Source: Parasitella parasitica NRRL 2501 (taxonomy: Eukaryota > Fungi > Mucoromycota). Taken from it: a stretch of DNA of 64,000 nt. A model generated the notes under the pieces. It was not told the DNA's origin, made no database searches, and saw nothing but the letters and a program-made list of their open reading frames with translations. Each line of letters begins with the position of its first letter. The first letter of the stretch is position 1. This document shows positions 36,501 to 48,289 of the stretch, piece after piece. The position numbers and the translations under genes are program-made. The stretch lies in NCBI GenBank assembly GCA_025201805.1, contig MU619275.1:83550-147549 (forward strand). Reading direction: 5' to 3'.

Positions 36501-39500
36501 GCTCTTCAAATCCTCTTCGTTCGAGCTCGCTACGAAGACCACTTCGCTTTTCAATCGTGTTGGGTGTCTGTACGATGCCATTAAACAAACTCAATGCAGC
36601 AGTAAGGCAATCAAACACCAGCAGCTCCTGTTGCTCTTCGATCAATGTGGACAGTCTGCTCACTATGCTCTTCTTCTCGTGATATGTGCTGCCGCCAAGC
36701 TCCTGCAAGCTCTGCACTAACCGTTCAAACCGATATTGCTCGCCTTTCACTTCTGAAAGCACCGTCATGACCATGTCATAGCTAGGCGCATTCGCTATAC
36801 ATAACGCAGACAGGATTTCAAATATTAGCGTGCACATTTTGTATGCCATTGTTGTCATGTTGCTGTTTTGGCCGTTGCCGCTAGTGTTGTTGGATGCGTC
36901 TTTGGCATGGTTGGATGCAGTAGAGCGAGAGGGAGATGGGCTGACGTTGGAGCTGCTGTTAGTAGAGAACGAGGGTAGCAATTGGGACCCAATGGACGTA
37001 ATGGAGGGTGATCGCTTGAACACAGAAGAGCTGGATGGAGTGGGCTGTACAACGGTTATCGTTGCCAAACATCCAAACAGGGTAACAAGCAAATGATGGA
37101 GTACCACTGGACGCATAAGCACTTGCTGCAATCCAGGCTATAATATTGTTCAAGTTGGTTAAAACATAAAGAAGAAATGGTTAGAAACGGTTATTATTTC
37201 AAGCATAAAAAAAAAAGCCATCATTGCATTTGCCATTATGCAATCAATTGGAGGAAACAAAAAAAAGAGGGGGGGGTGTGTGCGTGTGATGGCAGTGTTG
37301 GTGTGGGGGGGGGGAGGGAGGAGAGAGAGGAGGAGATTAAGGGGGAGAATAGTGGATTCGAGTTGAAAGGAAGAAAGGAGGATGTATGAACAATAGCCCC
37401 CTCTTTTGTAATAGTTACCTTTGTATTTAATAAAACTTTTATGCATTTAATACATTCAAAGAGACATTGCCCTTCAGCATCTGATAATTTGAGCGCATGG
37501 CTCTTTTTCCTATACAAGGTGTCAGCATATACGACATTCCAGCTTGATGTATGCAACCTACTTTTGCTTTTTGCTAGACAGCTTATCCAGTATGTTCTCC
37601 AGCGCAATAAGACCGCCATGGCGTCTTGATAGAAACTCATTGATCCAAGATACGTTGCCAGTAGCCAATGTGATACGAAGCGAAGTTAGGTGCTTTGTCA
37701 AGGCATCTGTGGTCGTATTTCTATGTAAAGGAGAGTCAGCGTGATGCTAANNNNNNNNNNNNNNNNNNNNNNNNNNNNNNNNNNNNNNNNNNNNNNNNNN
37801 NNNNNAAAAGCATACCTGCTCTTTAGACGCTCGACATAGTAGAAGGGACTGTTGCGATCTCGACCTCGTTTGATTGTGTCATCCAGAGCAGATGATGTCG
37901 ACGATACTAAAGAAGCTAAATGACTACCATCTTTACGACTGAGGCTTTGATATGCATAACTGTTACTCAAAAGAGAACTTGAGGCAGATGTTTCTACCAA
38001 ATGGGTCGATGTAGTGTCGGTAGGCTTAATGGTGCTAGTCGTTGCGAACAAGGTGCTGACAGAGGGACGATGGTTGATTTGGTTAGACCGAGTCGCAGTA
38101 CTGTTCATATTGTAATGACGGGGCAACGTCTTGTTATCAAGCAATAACCATGCTGCAGAGTCATCACTAGTCGTCTCTTCAAGTTTGTTGGCAAGGGCAT
38201 CGAATTCCAAAATCATGGATCCTACTTTGGAGTGGTTACTGCGCACTGTTGAAGAAAGATTCTTACGAGCGAATTTGTATGTAGCTGCCCGTCCATTCAT
38301 GCCCGGGGTTTCTGATATCGATGAGGTAGGTGGTATAGTAGTATTAGCAGTTGTCATGGCAACCTGTTTAGTAGTATTTCTATCAGTACCAGCAGCGTTA
38401 ATAGCAGTAGTAGAAGTAGTAGTAGTGGTGGTGGTGGTAGTGAGGTCATTTCCAGAATGCGCTACTGGATTACTGATTGGACTTTTGGCAATAGGAGAAG
38501 AGGAAGCGCCAGGCTTTTCTTGTACCTCCTTTTTATTAATATGGGTTTGATTCTTTTTTGGACCACCATGTTGTGGATGGGGAGAGGTAGGAGTGGGCAT
38601 GGGCGAAGGTGGTGCAATGTCTTCGTTCACAAAGAATTCTTCGACGTTGCTGCTTGTTAGTGATCGATGGCTGGCAGAGCTGCCCATTTTACTCTCGTTA
38701 GGTGGGAACAGCAGTCGAGACGACGTTTCGCTTCTCTTCATGGCTGCTGATTTATTGCGCAAGGCCTTGTGAGGAAAGATAGACGTGGTGGAATTCGAGG
38801 TAGGCATGCTCTTGCGAAGAGCACTGTCTGCAACCTTGTTTTCTTTAATATGCTGGTTTTGTTGTAGCAAGTAGAGTTTTCGTTCTCTCGGTAGTTGTCG
38901 CAGTTTGTCTCGATTAGCATCCTTCATGTTTAGTTCGTCCTTGTTTACATTGCTGCGTTAATAATAATAATAAAAATAAATATAGGTGCTTACCAAAAGT
39001 GTTTCAAATGTGCTTGTTAGTTCATCGGAATCCATGCTGGGTGATGGTGCGCCGCTACTATCATTGTTGATGCTGCAATTAGAAATAGTCAGTGTAGAGG
39101 AAGACGATTTGATGGAAACAACAGAGGCTGACGTAGGTGGAGTGTTTGCTGTGGTTGGCGTAGTAGAGGAGTACGTCGATGAATTGGTTGAATGGACTGA
39201 AGAGGTTGGACTTGCTGTAACATCTTCCTCTGCGATATGGCCTCCTAGCCAGGTTGGTAGCAAGTTTTTGCCGAACCTCGAGGACGCACTCATGCGCAAA
39301 TTAGAACGTTCGTTAGTATTCGTCGTGGTGGTGTTGGTGTTGGTGGCAGGTTGAGGTAAAGAAGAAAGGTGGTTGATGTGAGAGAGCTTTGTATTTAATC
39401 GAATTGGATTCTGATTTTTGTTCCTTCTTTTTTTGTTGTTTTTATTAGGACCAGATGAAATTGGTATAGTTGAAGTTTTGTTGTCCATTTTTGAATTGGT

Positions 39501-39656
39501 AGGTACTGTCATGCTCAGATCTACAGGTGCTGGTGGATCGTTCGTATTGCTAGTAGGAGAAGAATGTGATTTTCTTACTTGCTGCACTTTGGATCCTTTG
39601 CTTGACAATAATGTAGACTTTGGCAGCGAATTAGTTTTGGATTTCTTTACTTCCAT
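33579..39656 (-). CDS. Formin (GBD/FH3, FH1, FH2, DAD-like)
   Basis: GBD-like LRQLPRERKLYLL, polyproline FH1 around 35545-35628, FH2 motifs MKQFFWSKL, RANNIAIML, LAIGNYLNG, GFHLDAL, YYGED, and DAD-like FEQVLKELKAG. Multi-exon, spans a gap. Confidence 0.92.
37751..37805. other. Assembly gap inside a formin intron
   Basis: Run of N. Confidence 1.
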
Positions 39657-40843
39657 TTCTATCAAAAAAAATTATAATAGAAAGGCGTGTATATAATTAA
39701 AAAGAGATATAAAAAGTTAGTATAGAAGATGTTCAGCAGATCAATGTGTGCGTTGTGTTTCAGTAAATAAAAATGAATCTTAAGGATTGAGGAAAAGAGT
39801 GTGTGCAATGGTGGAGTTATATAACGAAAGGAAAGGGAAAGAGCAAAAGAGAAAGAAAGTGATCATCTCCCACTTTTTTTTTTCTTTCTTTCTTTATTGT
39901 TGTTTGTTGTGGTGAATTTACTTACAAAACTATCAAATTTTAAACATCTTAGCTTGAAATCTATTTCTAGCAGTATATGACAAGTCTTCTTGAGTTGATC
40001 TACCGTTTATGATACTTGGTGCTTTGACGGGACGACGGTTAGTTTTCAAGGAGAGATTCAGGGGTAAACTTTCTTGAGGAGACGTTGGTGTATTATGTAT
40101 TCTATGGCTATTGACTCTGACTCCTTTTGCTAAAGTCTCTATCATTTATTATGTATTGGATGATTGCTCCTGTTTTTTTTTATATTCAGAACAAGGAACC
40201 AAGGAGGGGAGAGCGTTACCCTTTCATTCAATATCTTGATTAATGTCATGCTTATTGTTTAACAGCCGTTGGGATAAATTACTTGCTATTTAATAGTTAT
40301 CCGTTTGTTTTCCTAAACTATAAACGTCCAGAATGCCGAGATTTGAACAAAACTAAAAGTTGCATACGTGTAGATGTATAACGGGCAGCAGCAAATGAGC
40401 TTTGGTTAATCGACTGATGCAAATGACAGATTACTGATTACTCGTACAAATGATCTATACTTGGTTATCCGTCGACATGATGACGAGAAATCAAGATATC
40501 CATGTCTATTTTAGGCAGCTTTATGCATTTAATCTGGAGAAAATATGTAATTTCTTTCCTCTTCTTATTAGTAGATGAAACGGAAAGATCTGGCAGGAAT
40601 ATAGTTTTAGCTTGGTTGGGTGTGGAATCCCAGATCTCAGGAACCGATATGATATGAATGGAGCTTAAAAATCTGGCCTGGTTGATTCATGCAGCTCACA
40701 ACTTTTAAAAATATCGCATAAATCCCGTTGATGTTGTAAAATCCAGACGAATCAAAATTGACTACGGTTCAGAATGTCACTGAAATGGAGATAATGTCAC
40801 TGGAACCTTATCAAAAAGGGTAAAAGACTTTAAGAAGGGTGCT

Positions 40844-41900
40844 TTGCTACAATTTAGAATTAGAAGCGATAAAGAAAAAAAACAGTGCACTTTTTGCAGT
40901 CTAATCACTCATGCGCGGTCAGTAAGCAAGCTGTGTTCCAACGGAAAGGTGACAGAGTCTTCATGTGAATCAGTCAAAAGAACTAAGCCGCTTGCTATCA
41001 AGACGTCTTTGAAGAATATTTGCAATAATCAAAAGTTTGTTTAAGAACTGGTCCGCGTGGTAGACTATATCAACAAGGTCAAATATGCTGGTGCACTTCT
41101 TTATTAACTTTCTGTTCACAAAAAATGCTTGCTGTTGGCCTTTCAATCCCAATCATCGATCAGAGCCTATTTGTAATGGGAAAAAAAGGACCACAATACA
41201 TATCAGAGTATTTTGAAGTTTTTTTGCATTATGACAACTTTCAACTGCGAGCACTTCGAAAGCATTGAATACTCTGGTGTTCTAAATATAGTTGCCAAAA
41301 ATACCAAACCTTTGGCTAGAAATTATATGCATGACGCCTATCAGCGAAGATATTTACGTTATTTTCTGAACATAATGTCAGGATCAAAACTCAACCAACT
41401 GCAGCAAAGAGCTCCTAATTGCTTCACGGAAGGCTTTGGCGTATTATATAGATCGTAAAAAAGAAGGCTAGGATCCTTAATGGTCCTCCTCTGTTTTCAA
41501 TAACACGCAGAGCAAGGAAACTGCCGAAAGGTTACTTACTCTATGGTCCACATATCAGCCTGATGCCTGCGACTTTAAAATCCTTTATGCTCAACTTTAT
41601 CTTTTCTTCAGATAGATGGCTTCACCTTCTTTTAGGAGAAGTACATAAAAACAAAGTATACATCACAGAAATCATACCTTCAAAAGTTGTCTCAAAAGGA
41701 TATGTATTCCACAAGCTTCAAGATATTTTGTTTGCACATACATTGAGCAGAAAAAATTTCGTTCTTTACAAAAGCAAACTTTGCAATCCATTAATTCTGA
41801 CAAGGCATTTGAGCCCGGAAAAAAATTAAACGCACTGACTCTACGGCAAGTAAAAAAAAAGCGAGTCTGTTCTCAAGATATGCCGAGAATCAAGAATCTA
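40844..41900 (+). pseudogene. Fanzor-like N-terminal relic (zinc knuckle plus WED/REC-like region)
   Basis: C-x2-C-x4-H-x7-C (CTFCSLITHARSVSKLC, 40886-40936), then AIKTSLKNIC...ELVRVVDYINKVKYAGAL, IPIIDQSLF, YSGVLNIVAK...LARNYMH. Broken by stops and frameshifts. Family resemblance recalled, not searched. Confidence 0.55.
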
Positions 41901-41901
41901 A

Positions 41902-42690
41902 CCGTAAGAGTCCATGACAAAGTACTTTTGGGTTTTTTAGTGGTCAGAAAGGTCGCAAAGTTTCCAGTTTTCCAATCAAGCAACAAGGACATACTAAAGA
42001 CGTTTTGAATACATCCATCATAAGAACAGGGAAAGCATGCTTTTTTAACATTCTTCTTACGCCTTCCTTCTCATCGAATCGGTAATTCCATCAGTCCAGT
42101 CCTCTTCGACAAGAATAGCATCATCTCCAAAACGTTGCTTCAAGGTTTTTGCTAAGCGGTGATCCGGTTATTGCCTATTTATGATAGCAGATAACTTCCA
42201 CTTGCGAAACGGAAGCAAATCGTGTTTGTTCTGTACTTTGCTTTCGTTTGAGTAGTACTCTCAAAGTGATTCCTCTACTGTACCCCCTGCTCTATGGTAG
42301 CCAGAAAACTTGTCTACTTTGATTGTAGACGCAGGGAATCCAGAGTGTTGATCTTCGTGCCTCTTGATTGAATCAGATTTTTTTTATTTTCTTTGAATTT
42401 CGTAGCTTCCTGAACTTTGAGGCCTTTGTTTCTATATTTCGTTGATTACTGGTTTTTTTTTTTAGATTCGCCACTTTTTCTGCGGTTTCTTCGAGCTGAC
42501 TTCTTCGTAATTGGTGGATATACTTCAAATCGTCTTCCTCTTTCACAGTTTTCATACGATTCATAACACTCTTGGTAGAGCTTCAATACGGATATACCTA
42601 CACCGTCTGATTACCATACCACGGAATCTTAAGGATTTCGGAGCTCTTAGAGCCTTCATGGCCTTAGATGAAAGGACTCCAGTTTTTATT
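41902..42690 (-). pseudogene. Fanzor1 (TnpB-derived RNA-guided nuclease) C-terminal RuvC/zinc-finger relic
   Basis: Manual translation across frameshifts: FRGMV-xDGVGISVLK, TSNQRNIETKASKFRKLR, LPFRKWKLSAIINRQ*, RLAKTLKQRFGDDAILVEEDW, GVRRMLKKHAFPVLMMDVFKTSLVCPCC, VLCHGLLR. Confidence 0.82.
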
Positions 42691-43060
42691 TAATGCTCAT
42701 ACTGATCCCTTTAAAAAAAGAAAAGAAACAAAAACAAGGCAACATGCTTTTGGGTGTTGCACTTTGCATTATCTCAGAAAACGACATTCTCGTATTTTAA
42801 TTTGAGAAAGTGGTGGTTTATTCATACGTGCTATCAATCGAATAACTCTTTACTTTCAAACTTCGGCTCTCTCTCTCTCTAACCTATGAGACTTTCCAAT
42901 TTCATTATTAGTTGTCTATAATGTCTAAATATTAATTCTCATAGTCGTGCTAGTTTTACAATCAACAAGTTAATCGAAATTGTATTGATGACAAGTCAAT
43001 CAGGTTAAATGGTATAAAAAAAAAGACTGAGGTCCCTAGCATTGCTACAGCCGTAAAACT

Positions 43061-43496
43061 TTACAGTTTCTCCACAGGGTACCCCTTTTCGATCCACTTC
43101 AAGATCCCACCTTCTACATTATAAACATGCTTGAAGCCAAGTTTGGAAATAGCATGCTGAGCAGCGAGTAAGCTTCTTCTTCCAGATCTACAGGAAATAA
43201 CAAGCTGTGATACAGTGTGAAAATTCAGATCGTCTTGAGAAAGCTATTTATTAGCATCGAATATTAATATAAATATATACCTGCTCTTCTTTGTTGATGG
43301 CCGAAAATTTCTTTGCAAACAGCTCTGGATTTGTATTTGCCAAGAAATAAGGTATGTTGGCGTCATAGCCTTCAATAGTTCCCTGTTGTTCCAATTCATA
43401 TGCCTCACGAACGTCAATAAAGGTGGCCTTGAGAGGCTTGTGCTGTAACCAAGATGCAAGTTCGTCTACAGTGTAAGATTGCACATCAATTGTCAT
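43061..43496 (-). CDS. Single-domain rhodanese / sulfurtransferase
   Basis: FIDVREAYE...GTIEG, active-site loop CRSGRRS, NVEGGILKW. Intron 43205-43280. Confidence 0.92.
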
Positions 43497-44364
43497 TTTA
43501 CTGTTATAAAAAAAAAAGGTAGGAGCAAAAACCAAGAAAATGGATACAAGATATTTGAAAACCATATTTATGAATAACCATATGATATTGATATGTCGCC
43601 ATTGCAGTGTAAACGAATTATGTCAAAGATCCAAATTATTCAATAGGCGAAGGAAAGATGTGTCATCAAATCTAAGCTCCCACCATTGGAACACAAGCTA
43701 TTGCAGAGATAAACAAGATCAACAACAAGCATAAGGAAGCATGGATGGTCCTTAAGGTCAAAATCGTGATAAAGCACTTGCTGCACATACAGAAATCTTA
43801 TGATGGCTCTCCTGCGAGATAACTTTACAGTTCATCTAATTATGCTTCAGGACTAGAACAACAAGCTTCTGCGAATCACATATTTTGAAGAAAATAAAAG
43901 AAATTTGTAAACGTTCACTCAAACTGTTTGTGGTGTATTAACATATTTGATACATATAATCTATTGTCTAGTCCAAACATGCAATCCATAGCTCGTTTCA
44001 GATATCACACAAAATAATCGATTCAGTCTTTTATTGTTATTTCGCTCACCTCGAAAGCGCAAGTCAAGCCTTCTGACTATTATTACATGCGTAACGTATA
44101 GACAATGCTTCTTTTTTGTGTTCAAATCCATTGCACACTTGGGGTTCCACATTTGTGCTGACAAGAGCTTTAAAGGTATGGATGCTCCAATCCGTTGAGG
44201 CACAAAGCATCAATAAAATAATCAGAACTTCATTGGTGTGACCTTAAAAAGGGCCTGATTGCAACACATAAAAACTCACTTCTCCTCGCCATCTTCTCCT
44301 TTTCTTTCCTTTCATTATTTAAACATCTACACAGTATTCATATAATATAAAAAAAAAGCACAAG

Positions 44365-45090
44365 ATGGCAGTAGGACCAACCGACACTGATTTATCGTAT
44401 CGCCTCACCGAGAGCATTCTAGCCAGAACTCCCATCAGCACGGCATCATCCGCATCTGATTCATCAAAAGAGGCGCCCTATAATTCAACGCAAGAGAATC
44501 AAGCAACGCCTCGGTTAGTGGGAACACTGCCTCCTAATGCTATGGTTATTCAACCAAAAGAGTCGAATTCGTCGTTCAATAGATATATTGGCAACCATTT
44601 CAAAGAAGATGCGCCTGTATTACTGGATCGCCTTTCAGTTTCATCGCCTGTGCCACCTGCCACACCTGTAAACCCATCGCCAAAAAAAACAGGGTCTGCG
44701 TTCTGGAATGATGTAAACACCAGGCCTCCAGCAGCATCCTCAGATCTATCGTTGCAGCAGTACAATAATGCAAAGAACCTCGAGAGCCAGAATGCATGGC
44801 TCGAGTATGATTCAATATTTGCTGGCCAAACGTCGTCTTTTACAACAACAACAACACATTTCTTCTCAGCGGGTGCCTTTTTGTTCCTATTTGGGTTCCT
44901 ATGTCCTCCTTTATGGTGGATTGGATCGTTTTGTCCGACACATATTGACGAAAGGTATCAAGGAATGCACCGTAGTGATATCAAGATGGTTAAAAGATGG
45001 AGAACCCTAAATAGATTCTTTTCGCTGGGGTTCAGCACACTGTTGATCATCACCTTCATAGTTCTGGCTGTACTTTACTCGAGAAGATAG
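44365..45090 (+). CDS. Hypothetical membrane protein (disordered N-terminus, two C-terminal hydrophobic segments)
   Basis: Intact 241-aa ORF with FLFLFGFLCPPLWWIG and LLIITFIVLAVLY. Confidence 0.8.
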   Translation: MAVGPTDTDLSYRLTESILARTPISTASSASDSSKEAPYNSTQENQATPRLVGTLPPNAMVIQPKESNSSFNRYIGNHFKEDAPVLLDRLSVSSPVPPATPVNPSPKKTGSAFWNDVNTRPPAASSDLSLQQYNNAKNLESQNAWLEYDSIFAGQTSSFTTTTTHFFSAGAFLFLFGFLCPPLWWIGSFCPTHIDERYQGMHRSDIKMVKRWRTLNRFFSLGFSTLLIITFIVLAVLYSRR

Positions 45091-45313
45091 ATCGTCCATC
45101 ATTGCATTTGTAAATTTTATACCCGTTTTCACCCTTCTAGACCCTTTTTTTTTTTTTTTTTTTGAAAACCATGTATTATATTCAATAAAAACAACTTTAG
45201 TGCCCCGAGATCAAATTATAGCATTTATTGTTGGAAAGTAATTAAAGGGAGAGAATCAAGGCTATTAATAATAGAAAGTAAGAGTAGGCGTGTAAAAATA
45301 AAAGATATGGTTT

Positions 45314-46126
45314 TCATTGTCCCTGAGCATAAATGATGTTGTTGGTATTTCCAGCTAATGACATGGCCATATTAGCATTTTCATTTGAAATTACAAAATT
45401 GGCATATGTTCACTTACATCCATCCGTGACACTATCTGCGTTAATGTCATAACACCAATCCCCGTCAACAATGAATTTATATTCAATATCCACAGAGCAA
45501 TCCAAATTGTCTACTTTTGCCTCGAATAGCCCATTGACAGGCGCCATTACAATGGATCCTATTATATATACATTTATATGTCAACATAAACCCCGGTTTC
45601 ACCATATCACAAATGTGTCTCTGCCCCCTCATTTTCGACCCCATCAACATAGCAGGACAGCAACTTACCTTGCCAATGATCAAAATCACCAGTCAACACT
45701 ACATGTTTTCCACCATAAGGCCAAACAAACTGGGATGTAGATGGATGGAATTATCTTCAATATTAAACATTACCAATCAAAAAGAATGAATTGGCTTACC
45801 GTTCTGGAACTGCTTTTCTTTTGATTGTTGATACTATTGTTCTGGGTGGCAGCATTAGGAGACAATGGCTTTTCAACAGGTAGCGTCCACACAGGAGCAT
45901 CAATCGAGTTTGTATGATTGATTGTGTTGTGCTCCTTTCGGGAATACGAAGGATTCTTGGTGTGAGATGCTGTGAAAAAGCCTCGATTGTTACGTTCAAC
46001 ATTAGAGACGGGAACATATGCGAAATTCATCATCTTGTTCCCACCAAAGATAGAATGCTTTTGGGATTTTTCAGATGAACGATGATACAATTCACTTCCT
46101 TTTGGGCTGTGAAGCTGGATAGGCAT
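45314..46126 (-). CDS. CBM48 / AMPK-beta-type glycogen-binding domain protein
   Basis: Four exons splice to ...SRT|FVWPYGGKHVVLTGDFDHWQ|GSIVM...EYKFIVDGDWCYD...DG|SGNTNNII. The domain is not visible in the ORF track. Confidence 0.85.
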
Positions 46127-46886
46127 ATTTGGTTTATCGATTTAACGGGAGAAAAAAAACAAAGAAAAAAAGAGTGTGAAACTTAGATCTGGAAAACTTT
46201 TCTGAAATATATTTTTTTTTTTCAGTGAGGTCTTTCTGGCTCGGATTCAGTTTGTACTTGGCAAAGATTGAGATTGATGAAAGATTTTGCAATTAGTTCG
46301 ATAGATCTTTTAGACTTGGATGTAACAATAACGAATTGTGCCATGGAACAAGACGGAGGGGGGAGGGGGGAGGGGAGGGGGCTCGAGAACATTTGTGTTT
46401 ATATAGTCATTCCCAGGATTTCTCTTGCAAGCACCTTTCGTAAAATGACATCAGGAACAAAGCTGCAGCAAGGCCTATTGATGCATACCCATTCATATAG
46501 GTTTTTCTCGGTGAAAAGATGTTATTCCCCTGGATGTTGTCTGTACATTATTAGTTTCTTATTTTATATAGATTGCTCGGGTTCCACAATTTTCGCCACA
46601 AACAAATAAGCATCGATCAGCAAGTGGTGTTTGTTTGTTATTCACTTTGTCAAGTCTGCATACTTTACAATGCTATAAGTGTGATCTAATCGTACACTCA
46701 AGCCGTATCAGCTTTGTAATATTATACAAGCGCTGGTGTTTTTGGCTACTAAAAAATGATTCCGAGATGATGGCATCTGATTTGAATAGTAAGAGATCAT
46801 CCTCTAAACGTCGTATTTCGCTATGAAGGTTGCACATGTTGGTATACATAGTAGCACCAACAGAATGTAGTTGTCTAGGGTCATAA

Positions 46887-47316
46887 GCCATTATGGTTTC
46901 CACTGGACAATGTCCCTATCAAAAGTTATGTGCAAAAACTGTTTTCATCAATAACAGATATTTGGCCATAACTTCTGCTAAAAAAAAAAACTGTAGAACC
47001 GCCCTCTAACTTGAAAAACACAGTGCTGACTTGGCGCTATCTGGCGAAAACATTTGTATCAATGTTTTTGTTGATGTCTATAAAGCTATTGGCAGAAACC
47101 ATATAAAAATTGCGTGTAAACGCTGATAGGTTACGATAAAGAGCAACGTAACGCCTGTCTTATGCGCCATTAAAACAGGCATGATCATCGTTATCTGGCC
47201 ATAACTTGGTGTCCACTGGACGACGTCTCTGTCTAAAGTTGTGTGGAAAAACAGTTTTATTCTCGTGATTCCAGTCATCTTAACTATTAGATATTTGCTC
47301 ATAACTTCTGCTAAAA
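46887..47316. repeat. Diverged direct repeat pair (about 100-120 bp; 46887-46984 and 47198-47316)
   Basis: Shared collinear blocks TCCACTGGAC, AAAGTT(A/G)TGTG-AAAAAC-GTTTT, AGATATTTG and CATAACTTCTGCTAAAA. Confidence 0.8.
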
Positions 47317-47708
47317 TTGTTATGCCAGTGTAAAAGGCACAGCAAAATGTTGTGTAAATGTTATCTAAAAAAAGTGTTCATGACATAATATACAATCTCT
47401 ATTTAAACTAAAATATATCCTAATCAATAATATCTGATGTTTAACAGGATGTGTCAGACAGTATTAAATCACAGCATTTCCAGGAACAGACCTATTCTTC
47501 TACTTTACTGTAAAAAGACAAGATGTGAGCAAGATGTCTCCTCGCTACCCCGCAATCTGATCTCGATGTAATCTTTAAATAAGCCTAGAACCTTGCACGA
47601 GGCTCAATTACAACTTGTATCTTATTCCTTATTTGTAAAAGAATTACCAACAATTAAAATCATGATAAATATGTTGGATATGACATATATAGCCTTTATA
47701 CGGATACA

Positions 47709-48053
47709 ATAACAATCTTCAAACTTGGACAAGGAACATTGACAAAAACGATAGAGGTCACTGATAAAGATTCTGTTACAGGGTTCTCCAATCTTTGATG
47801 TCAACGTTTCTACTTTTAAACGCTGTTCTCTTTTGAGTTCACTCTTGGAGACAGACTAAAATTGTCTAATGGGATCTAACTCAGGCGAATATGAAAGAAG
47901 ATAAACGCAGCTATACCCTCGACCTTCAATATACTTTTGTTTATACAAGTTCTTATGGGTGGGTGCATTGTCCTTCACAGAATAGTATCCATTGAATGCA
48001 GGATGGTGACCCATAACACCCAGTGTTTAGGCAACAAAGTTAAAATAGTGGTT
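47709..48053 (-). pseudogene. Degenerate IS630/Tc1-family DD34E transposase C-terminal relic
   Basis: NHYFNFVA*TLGVM...KDNAPTH...GRGYSCVYLLSYSPELDPIRQF*SVSKSELKRE. D-x34 spacing lands on R instead of E. Two in-frame stops. Confidence 0.85.
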
Positions 48054-48289
48054 AGCGAAACAAAAAAAAAGCGGCGCTCTCACGAGCCACTTTATAGCTG
48101 AGTTATACCGTGGGTAAAGATAAGTCACCGTCCTTTTTTACTTTTTGGTGTCAGAAATTAAATTCAAGTTTTGAAATGTTTTTTGATTGAAAAAACTTAT
48201 TAGTGAAATATCAATATAATCGTATAAGATTTGAAGTATACAAAGCTTAACATGTTTATTTTAGTAATATAGCAAAAAAAAAATTAAAA

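Noticed and set aside
45455-45468. Suspected frameshift in the CBM48 exon
   Set aside because: On rereading, the run has four C, so the frame is intact (DGDWCYD).
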